From: Sandaracinaceae bacterium
GTDB taxonomy: Bacteria > Myxococcota_A > Polyangia > Polyangiales > Sandaracinaceae
Assembly (NCBI GenBank): GCA_044220955.1
Contig: JBGAQA010000059.1
Location: forward strand, 1-40,647
Reading direction: 5' to 3'
DNA length: 40,647 bases
The position numbers and the translations under genes are program-made. Of the stretch, positions 10,252 to 21,111 are shown piece after piece (position 1 is the stretch's first letter; every line of letters starts with the position of its first letter). The notes beneath the pieces are model-generated. The model saw only the letters and a program-made list of their open reading frames with translations. It did not search any database and was not told the DNA's origin.

Positions 10252-11688
10252 GTGAAGTACCTGGTCCAGACCTTCGGCTGCCAGATGAACGCGCACGACT
10301 CGCGTCGCATCGAGGAGGTGCTCGACGGGGCGGGGCACGAGGTCACGGACGACGCGGCCCTCGCCGACGTGATCGTCTTCAACACGTGCAGCGTGCGCGA
10401 GAAGGCAGAGCACAAGCTGCTCTCGATCCTCGGCACGGTGCGACCCCTCAAGGAGGAGAAGCCGGGGCTCACGGTCGTGGTCGCGGGCTGTGTGGCCCAG
10501 CAGGAGGGCGAGCGGCTGCTCGCTCGCGCGCCGGTGGTGGACGTGGTCGTCGGTCCCGACAACGTCGTGGAGCTGCCCGCGCTGATCGCGAGCGCGCAGG
10601 GCGGGGCGCCGCCGATCGCGCGCACGGTCTTCGACCTCGACGACACCCGCTTCCTCGTGGCCTCGCCGCGCCCGCACGAGAAGGAAGTGACGTCGTTCGT
10701 GACGGTGATGAAGGGCTGCGACGAGCGCTGCACGTTCTGCGTGGTCCCCTACACGCGCGGGCCCGAGCGCTATCGTCCCTCGAGCGAGATCGTGGCCGAG
10801 GTGGCCGCGATGGCGCGCGCCGGCACGCGGGAGATCACGCTCCTCGGGCAGACGGTGAACTCGTGGCACGAGCCGGGGACGGGCGAGGCCGGAGAGTCCG
10901 CCTTCGCGTCGCTGCTCGAGCGGATCGCGCGCGAGGTCCCCGAGCTGGCGCGCCTGCGCTACACCTCGCCGCACCCGCGGCACGTGACCGACCCGCTCGT
11001 GCGCGCGCACGCGGCGCTGCGGGTGCTGCCCGCGCACGTACACCTCCCCGTGCAGTCCGGGTCGAACCGCGTGCTGAAGCGCATGCTGCGCCGGTACACG
11101 CGCGAGCACTACGTCGAGCGCGCCGACGCGCTGAAGGCGGCGCGCGGCGGGCTCACGCTGTCCACGGATCTCATCGTCGGCTTCCCCGGCGAGACGCGTG
11201 CCGAGTTCGAGGAGACGCTCTCGCTCGTCCGCGAGGTGGGCTTCTCGGCGGCCTTCGCGTTCAAGTACTCGCCGCGTCCTCACACGCCCGCGCTCAAGCT
11301 CGAGGACGACGTGAGCGAGGAAGAGAAGGACGCGCGCCTCGCCGAGCTCTTCGAGGTCGTCGCGGCGGTGCAGCGCGCGCACCTCGCCTCGCTGGTCGGC
11401 GCGCGCGCCGAGGTGCTCGTCGAGGGCCCGGGCAAGGACAAGACCGCGAGCGGCCGCCGCTTCCGCGGGCGCACCGAGCGCCACGAGATCGTGCACCTGG
11501 ACGCGCCCGAGGGCCGCGACCCCACGGGGATGATCGTCACGGTGACCCTCGAGCGCGCGAACGATCACTCGCTCGAGGGGCGACTCGAGCTTCCGCCCTC
11601 GGCCATCCCGCTCGCGCGCGCGCCGCGCAGCGCCGCCCCGAAGCCTCGCTCGCTGCGCCGCCTGCCCACGCTCGGCGAGGGCGCGTGA
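10252..11688 (+). CDS. miaB: tRNA-2-methylthio-N6-dimethylallyladenosine synthase MiaB
   Basis: TFGCQMN..DS, NTCSVREKAE, GCVAQ, radical SAM motif CDERCTFC, HLPVQSGS, IVGFPGET, YSPRP, C-terminal TRAM domain. Confidence 0.96.
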   Translation: MKYLVQTFGCQMNAHDSRRIEEVLDGAGHEVTDDAALADVIVFNTCSVREKAEHKLLSILGTVRPLKEEKPGLTVVVAGCVAQQEGERLLARAPVVDVVVGPDNVVELPALIASAQGGAPPIARTVFDLDDTRFLVASPRPHEKEVTSFVTVMKGCDERCTFCVVPYTRGPERYRPSSEIVAEVAAMARAGTREITLLGQTVNSWHEPGTGEAGESAFASLLERIAREVPELARLRYTSPHPRHVTDPLVRAHAALRVLPAHVHLPVQSGSNRVLKRMLRRYTREHYVERADALKAARGGLTLSTDLIVGFPGETRAEFEETLSLVREVGFSAAFAFKYSPRPHTPALKLEDDVSEEEKDARLAELFEVVAAVQRAHLASLVGARAEVLVEGPGKDKTASGRRFRGRTERHEIVHLDAPEGRDPTGMIVTVTLERANDHSLEGRLELPPSAIPLARAPRSAAPKPRSLRRLPTLGEGA

Positions 11689-12089
11689 GCCGCCGTACGC
11701 GGCGCCTCTTGCTCGCCTGGGTGCCGGCCGCCCTCTACATGGCGCTCATCTGGGTCGTGTCGTCGATCGAGGCGCCCGCGTTCCCCGTCCACCGCTTTCC
11801 GTTCCGGGACAAGGGCGTGCACGCCACCGAGTACATGGTGCTGGCCGTGCTGCTCGGGCACGCCTGCGTGCGGACGTTCGAGGGCTACCCACGCCTGAGG
11901 ATCGGCGCGGCGGCCCTCTTGCTCGCGTTCCTCTGGGGGTTGCTCGACGAGCTGCACCAGGCTTTCGTCCCCGGCCGCAGCGCGGACGCCCTCGATCTCG
12001 TCGCCGACACCCTCGGCGCGCTCGTGGGCGTCTGCGCGCGCCTCGGGCTCTCGCTCGTCCGTCCCGCGCCCCGAGGAGCCGCCGCGTGA
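11685..12089 (+). CDS. VanZ-family membrane protein
   Basis: DKGVHATEY, DELHQAFVPGR, DLVADTLG; GTGA overlap with the miaB stop. Confidence 0.88.
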   Translation: MSRRTRRLLLAWVPAALYMALIWVVSSIEAPAFPVHRFPFRDKGVHATEYMVLAVLLGHACVRTFEGYPRLRIGAAALLLAFLWGLLDELHQAFVPGRSADALDLVADTLGALVGVCARLGLSLVRPAPRGAAA

Positions 12090-12613
12090 AGGGTCTCATC
12101 CTGCCGCACAAGGGCATCGTCCCGCGCCTCGACGACTCGGTGTTCGTCGCGCCCTCCGCCTCGATCATCGGCGACGTCAGCGTCGGCGCCGAGACGTCGG
12201 TCTGGTACGGCGCGGTGGTCCGCGGCGACGTGATGCCGATCCGGATCGGCGCGCGGACGTCGATCCAGGACAACGCCGTGATCCACGCGACGGGCGGCTG
12301 GGCCGAGACGCTCGTCGGCGACGAGGTCACGGTCGGCCACGGCGTGATCCTGCACGGCTGCCGGATCGGCTCGCGCGTGCTCGTCGGGATGGGCTCGATC
12401 GTCCTGGACGACGCCGAGATCGGCGAGGGCTCGCTCCTCGGCGCGGGCTCGCTCGTCACCGCGCGGACGAAGATCCCGCCCGGCGTGCTGGCGCACGGGC
12501 GCCCCGCCAGGGTCGCGCGCGAGCTCCGCCCCGACGAGCTCGAGAACGTGCTCGAGGCCTCGCGCCAGTACGTCCGCTATGCCCGCGAGCACCGCGAGTC
12601 GATCGCGCGCTAA
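12086..12613 (+). CDS. Gamma carbonic anhydrase family protein (YrdA/CaiE-like)
   Basis: IGDV, VRGD, IQDN.VIH, VGH.VILHGC, hexapeptide repeats. Confidence 0.93.
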   Translation: MKGLILPHKGIVPRLDDSVFVAPSASIIGDVSVGAETSVWYGAVVRGDVMPIRIGARTSIQDNAVIHATGGWAETLVGDEVTVGHGVILHGCRIGSRVLVGMGSIVLDDAEIGEGSLLGAGSLVTARTKIPPGVLAHGRPARVARELRPDELENVLEASRQYVRYAREHRESIAR

Positions 12614-12623
12614 GCTCCGGGTC

Positions 12624-13727
12624 GTGATGCGCGCCGGCCCCCTCGTCTGCCTCCTCGCCCTCGTCGGCTGCGGCGCCAAGACGGGCCTCGAGATCCCCGA
12701 GTACCACCTCGACGCGGCCCGCCCCGACACCGGCGTCGACGCGGCGCCGACCGACGCGGGCTTCGACGCGCCGATGTGCGTGCCGGGGCACTTCCCGCTC
12801 ACGCCCGAGACGGCGGAGATGATGCTGGTCATCGACCGCTCGGCCTCGATGCGACTCACGATCGCGGGCGAGCCCGAGCAGCCGGTGGATCTCTGGCGCT
12901 GGACGATCCTGCGTGATGCGCTGACCGACGCGCTGGGCACGCTCGACCCGCGCGTGCTCGTCGGCGCCAAGTTCTACCCGGATCCCATCACCATCCCGAT
13001 GCCCCCGCCGGCCGTCGCGTGCTCGGGGACCGGCCCGGTCGACGTGCTCCCGGGTCCTGCCACGCGCCCGGCGATCCTCTCGCTCTTCACCACCACCGAC
13101 CCGAACGGCGGCACGCCCACGGCGGTCGCGCTGGACGTGGCCGCGGGCGGCTTCTCGCCCGGCGCGCCGCGGCGCTTCCTCCTGCTCGCGACCGATGGCG
13201 CGCCCAACTGCAACGCCGGTCTCGACGCCCGCACGTGCATCTGCACCTCGCCCGGCATGGCGTGCACGAACCCGTCGCCGGGCGTCTTCTCTTGCCTCGA
13301 CGACACGCGCACGGTGAACGTGCTGCGTCACCTCTTCGTGGACGAGGGCATCCCCACCTACGTCGTCGGCATCGAGGGGCCCGACTTCGTCGACACGCTC
13401 GACCTGATGGCCCGGGCGGGCGGCCGACCGCGGACCGTCCCCGGCGAGCGGGCGTTCTACTCGGTGCGTTCCGCCGAGGATCTGCACAGCGCGCTCACGG
13501 ACATCACGGAGAGCATCTCGGCGTGCGGCTTCGTCACGCCATCGCTGCCGCCCGACGACACCCGGTTCTCGATCGCCATCGACGGCAGCGCGGTGGCCGC
13601 CGACCCGATGAACGGCTGGACCTGGGTCGATCGCGCCCGCGGCGAGCTCGAGCTGCACGGGGAGGCCTGCGAGCGCGCACGGCTCGGCATGCAGATCGAG
13701 GCCATCATCGACTCCTGCCCGCGATGA
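12624..13727 (+). CDS. vWA-domain lipoprotein (myxobacterial type)
   Basis: Lipobox LVGC; MIDAS-like DRSASM, GGTPT, LATDGAPNC; Cys-rich insert; start GTG 12624 or ATG 12627. Confidence 0.85.
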   Translation: MMRAGPLVCLLALVGCGAKTGLEIPEYHLDAARPDTGVDAAPTDAGFDAPMCVPGHFPLTPETAEMMLVIDRSASMRLTIAGEPEQPVDLWRWTILRDALTDALGTLDPRVLVGAKFYPDPITIPMPPPAVACSGTGPVDVLPGPATRPAILSLFTTTDPNGGTPTAVALDVAAGGFSPGAPRRFLLLATDGAPNCNAGLDARTCICTSPGMACTNPSPGVFSCLDDTRTVNVLRHLFVDEGIPTYVVGIEGPDFVDTLDLMARAGGRPRTVPGERAFYSVRSAEDLHSALTDITESISACGFVTPSLPPDDTRFSIAIDGSAVAADPMNGWTWVDRARGELELHGEACERARLGMQIEAIIDSCPR

Positions 13728-14767
13728 AGACGCCGCTGCGGGTCGGCGTCTTCGGCGCCGGTGCGATCGGCACGTTCGTGGGCGGGCGCCTCGCGGCGTC
13801 GGGCTGCGACGTGACGCTCGTGGGGCGGCCTCGGGTGCTCGATCCGATCGCCCAGCGCGGGCTCACGCTGGAGGATCTGGAGGAAAGGGCGCCGCGCCAC
13901 GTGCCGCCCGGCCGGCTGGCCCTCGCGGGCGACGCGCGCGCGCTCGCCGATCGCGACGTCGTGCTCCTCACGACGAAGTCGCTCGGGACCCGGGAAGGGG
14001 CGCTCGCGCTGGCGCAGCACCTCCCCGGGCACGTCGCGGTCGTGAGCCTGCAGAACGGCGTCGACGGCCCGTCGATCCTGCGCGACGTGCTCGGCGCCCG
14101 CCGCGGCTACGGGGGGATGGTCGCGTACAACGTGGTCTTTCGCGAGCCGACGCGGCTCCGGCGCGCGACGAGCGGCCCGATCGTGCTGGAGCGGATGGCG
14201 CCGGGCGAGGAGGTGTTCACGCGGGGCGGCGTGCCCCGGCTCGCGCTGGCGATGCAGGCGGCGGGCCTGACGACGCTCGAGTCACGCGAGATCGCGCGCG
14301 TGCTCTGGACCAAGCTGCTCTTCAACCTGAACAACGCGCTCAACGCGCTCTCGGGGCTGCCCCTGCGCACCCAGCTGCGCGATCGCGCGTACCGGCGGCT
14401 GATGGCGGCGATGATGGACGAGGGACTGGCGGTGATGCGTGCGCAGGGGCTGCGCCCGGTGCGCCTCGGCACGCTCTACCCGCCGCTCGCCGCGCGGCTC
14501 TTGCCGGCGCCGGACTTCCTGTTCGAGCGCGCCGCCGCCGCGATGCTCCGGATCGACCCCGAGGCGAGATCGTCGATGGCCGACGATCTCGCGCAGCGCC
14601 GCCCGACCGAGATCGACGCGCTCAACGGCGTGGTCGTGCGTGCGGGACGCGCGCACGGGCTGGCCGCGCCGCTCAACGAGCGCGTCGTGCTCGCGATCCG
14701 GGAGGCCGAGGCGAGCGGCGAGGGCTCGCCGCACCTCCGCGCCGCCGCGCTCGCCGTCGGCGCCTGA
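13724..14767 (+). CDS. panE: 2-dehydropantoate 2-reductase (ketopantoate reductase)
   Basis: GAGAIG Rossmann motif, TKS, LQNG, WTKLLFN, SSM.DDL..RPTEIDALNG. Confidence 0.92.
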   Translation: MKTPLRVGVFGAGAIGTFVGGRLAASGCDVTLVGRPRVLDPIAQRGLTLEDLEERAPRHVPPGRLALAGDARALADRDVVLLTTKSLGTREGALALAQHLPGHVAVVSLQNGVDGPSILRDVLGARRGYGGMVAYNVVFREPTRLRRATSGPIVLERMAPGEEVFTRGGVPRLALAMQAAGLTTLESREIARVLWTKLLFNLNNALNALSGLPLRTQLRDRAYRRLMAAMMDEGLAVMRAQGLRPVRLGTLYPPLAARLLPAPDFLFERAAAAMLRIDPEARSSMADDLAQRRPTEIDALNGVVVRAGRAHGLAAPLNERVVLAIREAEASGEGSPHLRAAALAVGA

Positions 14768-14847
14768 GCGGCCGGCCTCGAGTCGCCGCGCTCCTTTCGC
14801 CCACGCGCGGCGGGCCCGCGAAGGGGGGCGCCTCGACCGAGCGAACA

Positions 14848-14875
14848 AGTTTCGGCGCCGAAACTCGGCCGAAAC
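14848..14875. promoter_or_regulatory. Palindrome/direct-repeat operator upstream of amtB
   Basis: Perfect 18-bp palindrome AGTTTCGGCGCCGAAACT (14848-14865); also reads GTTTC-N6-GAAAC-N6-GAAAC. Confidence 0.6.
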
Positions 14876-14899
14876 ACCGGCCTTCTAGCGTCCGCGCCC

Positions 14900-16195
14900 A
14901 TGGATTCGATCAACGGCGCCGATACCTCGTGGGTCCTGGTCTGCACCGCGCTCGTCATGCTGATGACGCCTGCGCTCGCGCTCTTCTACGGCGGCCTCGT
15001 GCGGCAGAAGAACGTGCTCTCCACGTTCATGCACTGCTTCTTCGCGCTGGGCATCGTGACCTTGCAGTGGGTGCTCGTCGGGTACTCCCTCTGCTTCGGG
15101 CCCTCCATCGGCGGCGTCATCGGGAACATGGACTTCGCGCTGCTGCGCGGCGTCGGGCTCGAGGCGCACGGAAGCATCCCGCACCTGATCTTCTGCGGGT
15201 ACCAGCTGATGTTCGCGATCATCACCCCGGCGCTCATCGCGGGCGCGTTCGCGGAGCGGATGAAGTTCTCCGCGTACGTTCTGTTCACGCTGCTCTGGTC
15301 GACGCTCGTGTACGACCCTCTCTGCCACTGGGTGTGGAACGCGGGGGGATGGCTCTTCGAGCGTGGCGCGCTCGACTTCGCGGGCGGCACGGTCGTCCAC
15401 GCCTCGTCGGGCATCAGCGCGCTCGTCTGCGCGATCCTCGTCGGCAAGCGGCTCGGCTATCCGCAGCGCCGGATGCTGCCCCACGACCTGACGATGACGA
15501 TGCTCGGCGCGGGCCTGCTCTGGTTCGGCTGGTTCGGGTTCAACGCCGGCAGCGCGCTCGCGGCCAACGGCCTGGCGGCGCTCGCGCTCGTCAACACGCA
15601 CGTCGCCGCCGCGGCTGGCGCGGTCGCCTGGGCCTGCATCGAGTGGATGCGCCACGGCAAGCCCTCGGCGCTCGGCTGTGCGTCGGGCCTGGTGGCGGGT
15701 CTGGTCGCGATCACGCCGGCGGCTGGGTTCGTCGGTCCGGTCGAGTCGATCGCGATCGGCATCGCCGCGGGCGGCGTCTGCTACGCCGGCGTGCAGGTCA
15801 AGGGCCGCTTCGGGTACGACGACGCGCTCGACGCGTTCGGCGTGCACGGCATCGGCGGCGCGCTCGGCGCGGTGCTCACGGGCGTGCTCGCGTCGGTGGC
15901 GTGGAACCCGGCCGGAGCGGACGGCCTGATCCACGGCGGCGTGCACCTGTTCGTGGAGAACCTCGTGGCGATCGGAGTGACGCTCGCGTACGCGGGCGTG
16001 ATGAGCTTCGTCCTCCTCAAGCTCGTCGACAAGCTCGTCGGCCTGCGCGTCGAGCCTGACGCGGAGAGCGAGGGTCTCGACGTGAACCTGCACGGCGAGG
16101 AGGCCCGCGGTGCGCTCGACGGCTCGGTGCTCCGCCTGCCGACGGCGCAGGAGCGCGAGGAAGCGGTCGCGAAGGTCACGCCGGCGGTCGGCTGA
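14900..16195 (+). CDS. amtB: Ammonium transporter
   Basis: LFYGGLVR.KN, FAIITPAL, AERMKF, DFAGGTVVH, WFGWFGFNAGS, DDALDAFGVHG (both pore His present). Confidence 0.96.
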   Translation: MDSINGADTSWVLVCTALVMLMTPALALFYGGLVRQKNVLSTFMHCFFALGIVTLQWVLVGYSLCFGPSIGGVIGNMDFALLRGVGLEAHGSIPHLIFCGYQLMFAIITPALIAGAFAERMKFSAYVLFTLLWSTLVYDPLCHWVWNAGGWLFERGALDFAGGTVVHASSGISALVCAILVGKRLGYPQRRMLPHDLTMTMLGAGLLWFGWFGFNAGSALAANGLAALALVNTHVAAAAGAVAWACIEWMRHGKPSALGCASGLVAGLVAITPAAGFVGPVESIAIGIAAGGVCYAGVQVKGRFGYDDALDAFGVHGIGGALGAVLTGVLASVAWNPAGADGLIHGGVHLFVENLVAIGVTLAYAGVMSFVLLKLVDKLVGLRVEPDAESEGLDVNLHGEEARGALDGSVLRLPTAQEREEAVAKVTPAVG

Positions 16196-16204
16196 GGACG
16201 CCGG

Positions 16205-17944
<1,740 letters not shown>

Positions 17945-17996
17945 GGAATGCGCGGGGAAACCCCTGCGCGAGACTACTACGGCGTGCGCGGCACGG

Positions 17997-19487
17997 TCAC
18001 GCTCGTGGAGGGATCGAGGCGCGGGGCACCCAGCGGGCCAGGAGCAGGTCCCGGCGGTCGCCGAGCGCGGCGCAGGCCAGGATCGTGACGCTCACCGGCC
18101 GTCCGCCCCCCTCGAGCAAGGCGCCGCGCAGGATCGCGGCCGTCAGGCCCAGCACCTCGAGCGGCGGCGTCGTGCCTTCGATCGCCAGCTTCGCCTCTCC
18201 GGACGCGCGATCGAGGATCTGCCCCTCGCCGTCGCGCGAGAGCCTCGACCAGAGGTAGGGGAAGCCGTCGACGAGCGCGCCGGGGGTCAGCGCGGCGGGC
18301 AGATCGGGGCAGAGCCGGCGCAGCGAGCGCTGGGCGATGGAGGCGCCGATCTCCGAGAGCAGCGCCAGGTCCCCGTTGCCGGCGAGCGCGTCGGTCCGCT
18401 CGAGGATCGTGCCGAGCAGCGCCGCGGGGACACCGGTGCGGAGGTTCTCCGACGTGCGGCCGGCGCCCGGCAAGAGCTCCTCCACCGTCGGCACGGCCTC
18501 GACCAGCCGCGACCACTCGTGCTCGCCGAGCCGGCGGTACACGGCCTCGATCGTGACCAGGGCGGCCATCAGGTGTACGCGCGCGTCGGTGGGCGCCGCG
18601 TCCATGGTCCCGTGCCGCGTCTTGCGGCGCAGCGCGAGCCACTGGATGTCGGCCGCGAGCGAGTCCTTCGGCACCTGCATGCGTTCGCGGGGCGGGCGCT
18701 CGGCGGTCGGCAGGAGCAGCGCGACGCAGCTCATCAGCACCTCGACCGTCGGGAAGCGCTCCTCGGGGTCCTCCTCGGTGGCCCGCTCGATGGCGCGGGC
18801 CGCGGTGTCGGGGAGCACGCCGCCCTCCTGGGCGCGCCCGGTGAGCAGGTGACGCAGCATCACGCCCGCCGAGTACACGTCGGCCTCGGCGCCCGCCTGT
18901 CCGTCGCTGCGCCTGGCCTCCGGCGCTGCCCAGGGGGAGAAGCGAACCGGCTCGATCGGCGCGGCATCGCCGAGGAAGGCGGCACGATCGAGGGACGCGA
19001 TCTTGGCGACCTCGCCGGACTGGGTGCGCACCAGGACGATGGTGTCGGGTGAGAGCCCCCGCGCGATCACCTGCGTGCGGTGCAGCGCGCGCAGCGCCTC
19101 CAGGATCTGCATCGCGATCGTCGCGGCGGCCTCGGTCTCGAGCCCGTTCGGGTGGCGCGACATCCGCTCGGCGAGCGTCTCGCCGTCGAGCGCCTCGTAG
19201 ACGACGAACGGGCGCCCGGCGGCGTCCTGACCGGAGTCGAGCACGCTGCGCATCGAGGGATGGGCGACCTGGCCGAGGGCGCGGGCCTCGCGCAGCAGAC
19301 GCGCGCGGTTGGCCTCCGTCGGCTCGACGAGGACCTTCACCTCGACGTCGCGCTGGATGCTGGCGTGCTCGGCGTAGAGGCGCGCGACTCCGTCCTGCAC
19401 CGGGCCGGACGGGCCGGCGCTCACGGGGCCGATGACGCGGTATTTCCCGGCCAGGATGGCCGAGCCGAGGTCGGGCGGGAGCTTCAA
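17997..19487 (-). CDS. Pseudokinase with C-terminal V4R/DUF2378-like domain
   Basis: Kinase scaffold kept (VEVK, REARA, WAAPE, DVYSAG, P.ERF) but HRD is ARG, DFG is SLD and there is no GxGxxG; TTG start at 19487 inferred from TAACGT 7 nt upstream. Confidence 0.8.
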   Translation of the reverse strand: MKLPPDLGSAILAGKYRVIGPVSAGPSGPVQDGVARLYAEHASIQRDVEVKVLVEPTEANRARLLREARALGQVAHPSMRSVLDSGQDAAGRPFVVYEALDGETLAERMSRHPNGLETEAAATIAMQILEALRALHRTQVIARGLSPDTIVLVRTQSGEVAKIASLDRAAFLGDAAPIEPVRFSPWAAPEARRSDGQAGAEADVYSAGVMLRHLLTGRAQEGGVLPDTAARAIERATEEDPEERFPTVEVLMSCVALLLPTAERPPRERMQVPKDSLAADIQWLALRRKTRHGTMDAAPTDARVHLMAALVTIEAVYRRLGEHEWSRLVEAVPTVEELLPGAGRTSENLRTGVPAALLGTILERTDALAGNGDLALLSEIGASIAQRSLRRLCPDLPAALTPGALVDGFPYLWSRLSRDGEGQILDRASGEAKLAIEGTTPPLEVLGLTAAILRGALLEGGGRPVSVTILACAALGDRRDLLLARWVPRASIPPRA

Positions 19488-19594
19488 GCGCTCGACGTTA
19501 CCATCCCGGGAACCGGAGCGGCTCCTCGAGGTCGGAGAACTGCGCGCCAGCGAGCCCTTGAGGCGGTGCGCGACGAAGGAGTAGCGTGCGTGCG

Positions 19595-20509
19595 ATGAGC
19601 TCCCCGAAGACCCGAGCGATCCCGCTGTCCCTGGCCGCGTGCTTGGCGCTGCTGCTCGCGTCCTGCGAGGACGGCGCACACCACGCGTGCGAGGTGATCA
19701 TCCGACAGCACGTGCCGCGCGTCCGCGCGCTCGTCGACGAGGATCTCAGTCGTGCGATGAGCGGTGTGACCCAGGCGGCCGAGCTGACCGCGCCCGGGTT
19801 CGAAGCGAACCTCGACGATCCAGCTCGGCGCGAGCGTGATCTGCGCTGGGCGATCCAGCACCGGATCCGCGAGCCTCCGCGCGGCATCCCCGAGCTGATG
19901 ATCTCGCCGATCAGCTTCGTCGCTGCCGTGGACGCGGACGGCCACGTGATCTGCCGCGACATCGAGCCCGACCCGATGCGCGGGCTCGACGTCGGCGCGC
20001 TCTTCCCCCACGTGCACGCGGCGCTGACCGACGGGACGGCGAGCTACCGGCTCGTCGAGTTCCAGCCGGCCGCTCCGCCCCCGGCCGCGGAGGGCCAGGC
20101 CGAGGTGGACGCCGGTCCGCCCGAAGCGCCGTCCGTGTCGGTCGTCTACGTGGCGCCCGCGCGCGTGGACGGTCGCATCGTCGGCGCCATCATCGCCGGC
20201 ACGCCGCTCTGGCGCACGGCCCAGCGCATCACGCGCCAGATCCAGGCCGAGGGCGAGACGACGGCGGGCGCGATCTTCTGGCTCTACATGTTCCGCGGCG
20301 ACGACCTGTACCACCACGGCACGCCGTCCACGCTCGACACCATCGTCCCGAGCGGCGCGGCGCGGGCCGCCGGGTTCGCGCGCAGCGAGGGAGGCTTCTG
20401 CGGCGAGCAGAACCAGTTCGGTCGCTGGTACTGCTACGGGGTCATCCACCTCCCGCAGCTCGGCGACGACGTCGGCGCGATCGTGTACCGGTCCGACCCG
20501 GTCGAATAG
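19595..20509 (+). CDS. Lipoprotein with Cache/PDC-like sensor fold
   Basis: Lipobox LASC; FVAAVDADGHV and VYVAPARVDGRIVGAIIAG match the PDC pattern; no TM or cytoplasmic output domain; alternative start 19586. Confidence 0.7.
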   Translation: MSSPKTRAIPLSLAACLALLLASCEDGAHHACEVIIRQHVPRVRALVDEDLSRAMSGVTQAAELTAPGFEANLDDPARRERDLRWAIQHRIREPPRGIPELMISPISFVAAVDADGHVICRDIEPDPMRGLDVGALFPHVHAALTDGTASYRLVEFQPAAPPPAAEGQAEVDAGPPEAPSVSVVYVAPARVDGRIVGAIIAGTPLWRTAQRITRQIQAEGETTAGAIFWLYMFRGDDLYHHGTPSTLDTIVPSGAARAAGFARSEGGFCGEQNQFGRWYCYGVIHLPQLGDDVGAIVYRSDPVE

Positions 20510-20522
20510 ACCCTGCGATCGG

Positions 20523-21032
20523 CTACTCGGCCCACCACGCACGCAGCCGCATTCCCAGCTCGGTCGTGTAGCCGACCTCGGCCGTGCGGATCGCACCGTC
20601 ACTGCCGACGTAGAACGTCGTCGGGAAGGCGCGCACGCCGAAGCGATGGGCGAGCGTCCCGTCGGGATCGAGCGCGACACGCCCCGGGTCGAGCCCGACA
20701 CCCTCGGCGTAGGAGCGCACGGGCGCCGCGCCGCCCGACTGCGACGCGATGGCGATCAGGTCGTGGTCGCGAGCCAGCGCAGAGACGTTGCCCTCCTCCG
20801 CACGGCAGACGCCGCACCACGTGGCGAAGAAGTGCACGACGTAGCCGCGCGCGTGGGCTCCGAGATCCAGCGGCGCGCCGTCGAGCGAGGTGAGGGCGGC
20901 CTCGGGGATGGGTCCCGTCGGCAGCCCGCTCGTCTGCCCGTAGCGCACGGCCAGCAGGATCGTGAGCACGACGCCGACCTCGGCGAAGGTCTGCCAGCGC
21001 CGGCGCGACGTCCTCGGGGGCGGTGGGCTCAA
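20523..21032 (-). CDS. TlpA/ResA-like membrane-anchored thioredoxin (redoxin)
   Basis: FFATWCGVC, cis-Pro motif AFPTT, DPDG.LA; N-terminal TM; TTG start inferred. Confidence 0.85.
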   Translation of the reverse strand: MSPPPPRTSRRRWQTFAEVGVVLTILLAVRYGQTSGLPTGPIPEAALTSLDGAPLDLGAHARGYVVHFFATWCGVCRAEEGNVSALARDHDLIAIASQSGGAAPVRSYAEGVGLDPGRVALDPDGTLAHRFGVRAFPTTFYVGSDGAIRTAEVGYTTELGMRLRAWWAE

Positions 21033-21111
21033 GGCCCTGTCGTAGCCGAGGGCCGGTCCGGGCGCACTCGCGAGCCGCCCGAAAGGACGGGCGCGCGTGT
21101 ACGCTCGGCCC

